Of a DNA stretch of 64,000 nucleotides, positions 58,919 to 64,000 are shown piece by piece. Position 1 is the first letter of the stretch. Every line of letters begins with the position of its first letter. The translations under genes were made by a program, and so were the position numbers. Under the pieces are notes generated by a model, which saw only the letters and a program-made list of their open reading frames with translations, had not been told where the DNA came from and did not search any database. The DNA is taken from positions 32,001-96,000 of the forward strand of contig JALUTT010000099.1 of assembly GCA_027021705.1 (NCBI GenBank). Reading direction: 5' to 3'. This DNA is from Anaerolineae bacterium. Its GTDB lineage: Bacteria; Chloroflexota; Anaerolineae; S140-20.

Positions 58919-59314
58919 ATGCGAAAAACCCTGCTCATCGGCGGCCTGTTCACCCTGCTCCTCCTCGCCGCCTGCGCCCGTGGACAACCCGACATCGCCG
59001 TAGACACCACCCGTCACGACTTCGGTTCCATCCCCCAGGGCCAGGTCGCCACCGCCGAGATCACTGTGCGCAACACCGGACAGGGAGCCCTCAAGATCGA
59101 GGCCGTCTCCACATCCTGTGGCTGCACCTCGGCCCGCGTCGAACCCACCACCATCCCCCCCGGCGGGGAGGGACGGCTCCTCATCCGCTACGACTCGGGC
59201 CTCCATCCCGACAGCGGACCGGTGCGACGCCACATCTACATCGCGTCCAACGACCCCGATGAGCCGGAGGTCGAGGTGATCATCACCGCCGACGTCCAGG
59301 AGCCGACGTCGTGA
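58919..59314 (+). CDS. DUF1573-domain lipoprotein
   Basis: Lipobox LAAC; DFG.I, RNTG, TSCGCT, SNDP. Confidence 0.82.
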   Translation: MRKTLLIGGLFTLLLLAACARGQPDIAVDTTRHDFGSIPQGQVATAEITVRNTGQGALKIEAVSTSCGCTSARVEPTTIPPGGEGRLLIRYDSGLHPDSGPVRRHIYIASNDPDEPEVEVIITADVQEPTS

Positions 59315-59370
59315 CGACAGGACACCCTCAACCGAGGGCGTCCCGTTGAGCAACCCAGGAGGAAGAGACG

Positions 59371-59973
59371 ATGAGCAAACGTCGAACTCCCAAACGCCGC
59401 TCGCGCCGCTACAAGTCCTATAAGAAGAACAACAGCCTGACGATGGTCCTCATCGGCGGTGCCGCCCTGATCCTGCTGCTGGTCGGATGGTACCTCCTCC
59501 AGGATCGGGAGACGCCCAGCCTGGCCGCCTCCACCGACACCCTCACCTACAATCCTGAGGACGTCGTCTACGACGAGGGGCTCTTCGGCGTCCACGAGAT
59601 GGGGCCCTCCCAGACCCCCATCCCCTTCCTGCCCGCCGACGGCCCCCAACCCAAGCTGGAGATCCCCCAGACCTACTGGAGCTTCGGCCAGGTAGGACCG
59701 CGTGACGTGGTGGACCACGTCTTCGTGCTGAAGAACGTGGGCGACGCCCCCCTGACCATCAGCCGCATCTACACGACCTGTGGCTGCACGACGGCGGAAC
59801 TCTCGGCCCGGGTCATCCCCCCGGGCAAGATCGCCCTGTTGCGCGTCATCTTCGACGCCGGCTACCACGACGTGCGCGGGCAGCGGGTGCGGCGGGGCGT
59901 CATCATCGAGAACAACGACCCCACGAACAGCCAGGCCGAGGTCTGGACCGAGGCAGCCGTCCGCTGGAAGTGA
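59371..59973 (+). CDS. Membrane-anchored DUF1573-domain protein
   Basis: Basic N-terminus + TM; KNVGDAPL, TTCGCT, NNDP. Confidence 0.82.
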   Translation: MSKRRTPKRRSRRYKSYKKNNSLTMVLIGGAALILLLVGWYLLQDRETPSLAASTDTLTYNPEDVVYDEGLFGVHEMGPSQTPIPFLPADGPQPKLEIPQTYWSFGQVGPRDVVDHVFVLKNVGDAPLTISRIYTTCGCTTAELSARVIPPGKIALLRVIFDAGYHDVRGQRVRRGVIIENNDPTNSQAEVWTEAAVRWK

Positions 59974-60008
59974 AACTCCACAATGAGCTACCGGACCCAC
60001 TCCCAGGG

Positions 60009-60071
60009 ATCCTCCCGCAGGTTCCCTTAAGCCACCGCTGCCGCCGGGCACCGCGCGACCTGCGGGAGGAT
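60009..60071. repeat. Short family C element (ATCCTCCCGCAGGT inverted ends)
   Basis: 14-bp IR; interior resembles 8938-8973. Confidence 0.7.
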
Positions 60072-60124
60072 GACAACGGTCAGGTAGCGAGACTCCACAA
60101 ACCACCAGGAGGAGAACAGGTCTG

Positions 60125-60850
60125 ATGCCTTCGCTCACCGTGCCCCTGGCCTTTCTGGCCGGGCTGCTTTCCTTCGTCTCACCCTGCGTGCTGCCCTTGG
60201 TGCCCGTCTACCTGGGCTACCTGTCGGGAAGCAGCCTCACCGACGATGCCCCCCTGCCCCGCCGACGGTGGGTCTTCAGCCACGCCCTGGCCTTCGTCGG
60301 CGGCTTCACCTTCATCTTCATCGTCCTCTTCGGCCTGCCGACGACCCTCCTCGGCAGCACCCTGCAACAGTACAGCGATGGGATCGCCAAGGTTGGGGGA
60401 GCCATCGTCATCCTCTTCGGCCTGCACACGATGGGGATCATCACCATCCCCTTCCTGAACGTGACGCGCCGGGTGGAGATAGGAGGGGGGATGGAACCCG
60501 GTCACCTTCGCTCGACCCTCTTCGGCGTCACCTTCGCCGCCGGTTGGACACCCTGCATCGGGCCGCTGCTGGGCACCGTGATGACCCTCGCCTTCACCGA
60601 GCCCTCTCGGGCGGTGGGGTTCATCCTCATCTACGCCCTAGGGCTGGCCACCCCCTTCCTGGTGACGGCAGCCCTGCTGACGCGGGCCATCGGCTGGCTA
60701 AAGCGGCTCAACCGATACCTGCGGGCCGTGGAGATCGCCAGCGGTGCACTGATGACCGGCGTGGGCCTCCTACTGGTCAGCGGAACCTTCTCCGTGCTCA
60801 ACAGCTACTTCATCCAACTCACGCCGGAGTGGCTCCTGCGCTACCTGTGA
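60125..60850 (+). CDS. ccdA: Cytochrome c biogenesis/thiol transporter CcdA
   Basis: AGLLSFVSPCVLPLVP, GWTPCIGP. Confidence 0.92.
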   Translation: MPSLTVPLAFLAGLLSFVSPCVLPLVPVYLGYLSGSSLTDDAPLPRRRWVFSHALAFVGGFTFIFIVLFGLPTTLLGSTLQQYSDGIAKVGGAIVILFGLHTMGIITIPFLNVTRRVEIGGGMEPGHLRSTLFGVTFAAGWTPCIGPLLGTVMTLAFTEPSRAVGFILIYALGLATPFLVTAALLTRAIGWLKRLNRYLRAVEIASGALMTGVGLLLVSGTFSVLNSYFIQLTPEWLLRYL

Positions 60851-60861
60851 GGAGCCAAGCC

Positions 60862-61554
60862 ATGCCCAAAGCCAAGATCCTGGTTGTGGACGACGAACCG
60901 ACCATCGTCAACACGGTGCGGGCCTACCTGGAGCAGGAGGGCTACGGGGTCCACACCGCCACGGATGGCCCCGCCGCCCTCAAGGCCGCCCGCACCTTCC
61001 GACCCGACCTGATCGTGCTGGACATCATGCTCCCCGGCCTGGACGGGCTGGAAGTGCTCCGGCGGTTGCGCCAGGAGTCCGACGTCTACGTCCTGATGCT
61101 GACCGCCAGGACCGAGGAGACGGACAAGATCGTGGGCCTCACCATCGGGGCCGACGACTACCTGACGAAGCCCTTCAGTCCACGCGAGCTGGTGGCCCGG
61201 GTGAAGGCCATCCTACGCCGGGGGCGGGGCATCACGACGGGTGAACCAACGCTGGCCTTCCGCCGCCTGCGCATCGAGCCCGAAGCCCGCCGGGCCTGGA
61301 AGGACGGGGAAAGCCTCGACCTGACGCCCATCGAGTTCGACCTGCTCCACGCCTTGGCCCGCCATCGGGGTCGGGTGCTGAGCCGGGAGCAGCTCATCGA
61401 GCAGGTGTGGGGCTACGACTACTACGGCGACGAGCGGGTGGTGGACGTTCACATTGGCCGCCTGCGCAAGAAGGTGGAAGACGACCCGGCCCACCCGACG
61501 CTGATCGTCACCGTGCGGGGCGTCGGCTACCGTTTTGAGGACGAGGCGGTGTGA
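60862..61554 (+). CDS. OmpR/PhoB-family response regulator
   Basis: ILVVDDE, LDIMLP, GADDYLTKPF, VDVHIGRLRKK, TVRGVGY. Confidence 0.95.
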   Translation: MPKAKILVVDDEPTIVNTVRAYLEQEGYGVHTATDGPAALKAARTFRPDLIVLDIMLPGLDGLEVLRRLRQESDVYVLMLTARTEETDKIVGLTIGADDYLTKPFSPRELVARVKAILRRGRGITTGEPTLAFRRLRIEPEARRAWKDGESLDLTPIEFDLLHALARHRGRVLSREQLIEQVWGYDYYGDERVVDVHIGRLRKKVEDDPAHPTLIVTVRGVGYRFEDEAV

Positions 61555-61555
61555 G

Positions 61556-62665
61556 ATGAAATGGGAAAGCCTCCACCGGCGGCTGGGATGGAAGCTCTTC
61601 CTCTCCTACCTGCTCATCGTTGTGGTGGGGGTGGTGGTGCTGGCCGGCACGGCCGAGCTCCACGCCCCCACCGCCCTGGCCCGGCACATCGCCCGGATGG
61701 AGACGGCGCTGGGGGATAACCCTGAGCTGGTGGCCGACCTCCACGCCAACTTTCGGGCGGCGGTGAACGAGGTCCTCGCCGTTGCAGCCCTGGCCGCCTT
61801 CTTGGCAGCGATCGCCGTCAGCCTCTTCACCAGCCGGCGCATCGTCGGCCCCATTCAGGCGATGATGGAGGCCAGCCAGCGCATCGCTGCCGGCGACTAC
61901 CACGAGCGGGTCCAGATCCCCAGCCAGGATGAGCTGGGAGCCCTGGCTCAGGCCTTCAACCGCATGGCCGAGACCCTGGAGCAGGTGGAGCGGCGGCGGA
62001 TGGAGCTCATCGGCGACGTGGCCCACGAACTGCGCACCCCCCTCAGCAGCATCAAGGGCATCATGGAGGGGCTGGTGGACGGCGTGCTTCCGATGGAGCC
62101 TGCCACCTTCCTCGACGTTCAGCGGGAGGTCAACCGGCTCCAACGGCTGGTCCACGATCTGGAAGAGCTCTCCCGGGCCGAAGCGGGCCAGATCCCCCTG
62201 GCCCCCCGTCCCACCGCTATGACCGACCTGATCCGCACCGCCGCCGACCGCCTACGCCCCCAGTTCGAGGACAAGGGCATCGGCCTGCACCTGGACCTCC
62301 CGGCCCACCTGCCCCCGGCCCGCGCCGATCCCAGCCGCATCACCCAGGTGCTGCTCAACCTGATGGGCAACGCGCTCCAGTACACCCCGCCGGGGGGCCA
62401 GGTCACCGTCCGGGCCTGGAACACAGGCACGGAGGTGACCGTCGCTGTGCAGGACACAGGCATCGGGATCCCGGCCCAACACCTGCCTCACATCTTCGAG
62501 CGCTTCTACCGGGTGGACAAGTCGCGCTCCCGAGCCGGCGGCGGCAGCGGCATCGGCCTGACCATCGCCAAACACCTGGTGGAAGCCCACGGCGGACGCA
62601 TCTGGGCCGAGAGCGCCGGCCCGAATCGGGGCAGCACCTTCACCTTCACCCTCCCCCTGGCCTGA
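61556..62665 (+). CDS. HAMP-HisKA sensor histidine kinase (BaeS-like)
   Basis: VAHELRTPL, NLMGNALQY, DTGIG, GSGIGL. Confidence 0.95.
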   Translation: MKWESLHRRLGWKLFLSYLLIVVVGVVVLAGTAELHAPTALARHIARMETALGDNPELVADLHANFRAAVNEVLAVAALAAFLAAIAVSLFTSRRIVGPIQAMMEASQRIAAGDYHERVQIPSQDELGALAQAFNRMAETLEQVERRRMELIGDVAHELRTPLSSIKGIMEGLVDGVLPMEPATFLDVQREVNRLQRLVHDLEELSRAEAGQIPLAPRPTAMTDLIRTAADRLRPQFEDKGIGLHLDLPAHLPPARADPSRITQVLLNLMGNALQYTPPGGQVTVRAWNTGTEVTVAVQDTGIGIPAQHLPHIFERFYRVDKSRSRAGGGSGIGLTIAKHLVEAHGGRIWAESAGPNRGSTFTFTLPLA

Positions 62666-62754
62666 GAGCCAACCGTTCTGCGCTTGCTAGGAAGGAGTTC
62701 TTGAGGTACAATTGGGGGCGCAGAGCAGGGAAAGCTCAGGAGGCCTGGTGAAAC

Positions 62755-63561
62755 GTGGTCCAGCCCGATCCTCAACCCCCGGTGCCACCAACACGCTACG
62801 ATGAGGATTACTTCCTGACGGCCTGTGAAGGCTACGAGGAGTTCCTCGCCACAGAAGGAGAACATCTCTCCCGTCGCCTACGGGCCGCCTTCCGGCAAGC
62901 TGATGTCAGTCCCGGCATGCGGGTGCTCGACGTAGGGTGTGGACGGGGGGAGATCCTGCGCCATTGCGCCCGGCTGGGGGCCGATGCCTACGGCATTGAC
63001 TACGCCCCGGTGGCCGTCCGCCTCTCCCGCCGCCTGGCCGACGCTGCCGGGGAGACCCCGGGCCAGATCGGCGTCTACCAGGCCGACGCCAAGCACCTCC
63101 CCTTCCCCGCCGCCTTCTTCGACCGGGTCCTGATGTTCGACGTGGTGGAACACCTCCACCCGTGGGAGCTCCATCAGGCGATGCGGGAGGTGCACCGGGT
63201 GCTGGCTCCGGAGGGGCGCTTCATCATCCACACAGCGCCCAACCGCTGGTACGACGCCTACGCCTACCCGCTGGTCCGGCTGGTGCGCACGCTGATGGGC
63301 GAGGGGGAGCGCTACCCCCGCAACCCCCGGGCGCTGAACGTGGCCGTGAACCTAGACGTTCACGTGAACGAGCAGGACATCCTGAGCCTGCGCCGGGCGT
63401 TGAAGCGAGCAGGCTTCCGGGCCCGCATCTGGCTGGACACCCCTCCTCAGAACCGGGACGAAGGGCCGGTGCTGACCGCCCTTCGCCACATCGCTTTCAA
63501 CTGGCCGCCTTTTCGGTGGTTCTTTGAACGGGAGATCTTCGCTGTGGCGTGGAAAGGGTAG
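62755..63561 (+). CDS. Class I SAM-dependent methyltransferase
   Basis: VLDVGCGRG, DVVEHL. Confidence 0.88.
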   Translation: MVQPDPQPPVPPTRYDEDYFLTACEGYEEFLATEGEHLSRRLRAAFRQADVSPGMRVLDVGCGRGEILRHCARLGADAYGIDYAPVAVRLSRRLADAAGETPGQIGVYQADAKHLPFPAAFFDRVLMFDVVEHLHPWELHQAMREVHRVLAPEGRFIIHTAPNRWYDAYAYPLVRLVRTLMGEGERYPRNPRALNVAVNLDVHVNEQDILSLRRALKRAGFRARIWLDTPPQNRDEGPVLTALRHIAFNWPPFRWFFEREIFAVAWKG

Positions 63562-63577
63562 GAAACGGTGTAGGACG

Positions 63578-64000
63578 ATGAAGGATCGGCGTTCGGTTGA
63601 CGACCTGAGCATCGAGGAACTGGAACGGATCCTCCTGATGAAGAAGCGGGAGGCCCGGCTGGCCCGACTGCGCCGGCAGCACCCGTCGGAGTGGGACGTG
63701 ACCCGCGACCCCCTGGCCCCGGATCCCCCGGAGCCGGAACCCTTCCTGCCGGTGGAGCATCGGGAGCACGACGGCGAAGGGGCGACGGCCACCTACCGCA
63801 CGGTCGAGCTCCCCCCTCGGCCCCCCCTCTGGCGGCGGCTGCTCCGCCTAGGCCCCCGCCCTGAGGAACCATCCCCATCCCCCTGGGCGCAACAGGAACC
63901 CCCGCCTCCCTGGCACCGTCGGGTCCGGTGGCGGTGGGTGCGGGATACCTTCCTCCTGATCTTGGAGGTAGCCGCCCTGGTCGGGCTGATCCTCGTGCTG
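63578..64000 (+). CDS. N-terminal part of a membrane-anchored protein, possibly a class D sortase (runs off window end)
   Basis: Manual translation MKDRRSVDDLSIEELERILLMKKRE...RDTFLLILEVAALVGLILVL; resembles Anaerolineae sortase N-termini as I recall them; catalytic domain not in window. Confidence 0.5.
   Translation, partial: MKDRRSVDDLSIEELERILLMKKREARLARLRRQHPSEWDVTRDPLAPDPPEPEPFLPVEHREHDGEGATATYRTVELPPRPPLWRRLLRLGPRPEEPSPSPWAQQEPPPPWHRRVRWRWVRDTFLLILEVAALVGLILVL

Overview
High-GC bacterial window. Gene content, C-terminal 'YLPxVLK' tails and intergenic repeat style suggest Chloroflexota (Anaerolineae-like); this is an inference. From left to right: (1) 1-8866, minus strand: a type II sulfur-oxidising heterodisulfide-reductase-like operon (tusA-dsrE2-dsrE-lbpA-trx-shdrC1-B1-A-H-B3-etfB-etfA), with a divergent HisKA_3/NarL two-component pair. 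(2) A sphingosine-1-phosphate-lyase-like gene coupled to a GPH/MelB-family transporter. (3) Two large secreted repeat proteins, an SMR pump, a PPOX-like gene and a MalT-like regulator. (4) A minus-strand glycosylation operon interrupted by an NTase, a Phd/aspartyl-protease pair and an orphan DNA methyltransferase. (5) An ArsR-led Trx/Fe-S/FmdE/TauE operon. (6) A glmS-led polysaccharide locus containing a fused HPr-kinase-like + degenerate RtcB-fold protein next to a Wzx flippase; this is the best candidate for a new system. (7) A 7 x 124-bp tandem array beside a decayed FGE-sulfatase/CLec gene whose 3' end looks like a diversity-generating-retroelement variable region. (8) A CcdA/TlpA/Lgt/DUF1573 thiol-redox cluster between two two-component systems, then a methyltransferase and a probable sortase start. 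At least three families of dispersed palindromic mini-elements and many 7/8-mer tandem repeats occupy the intergenic space. I found no rRNA, tRNA, CRISPR array, transposase or reverse transcriptase. All family calls come from motif recognition, not database searches.
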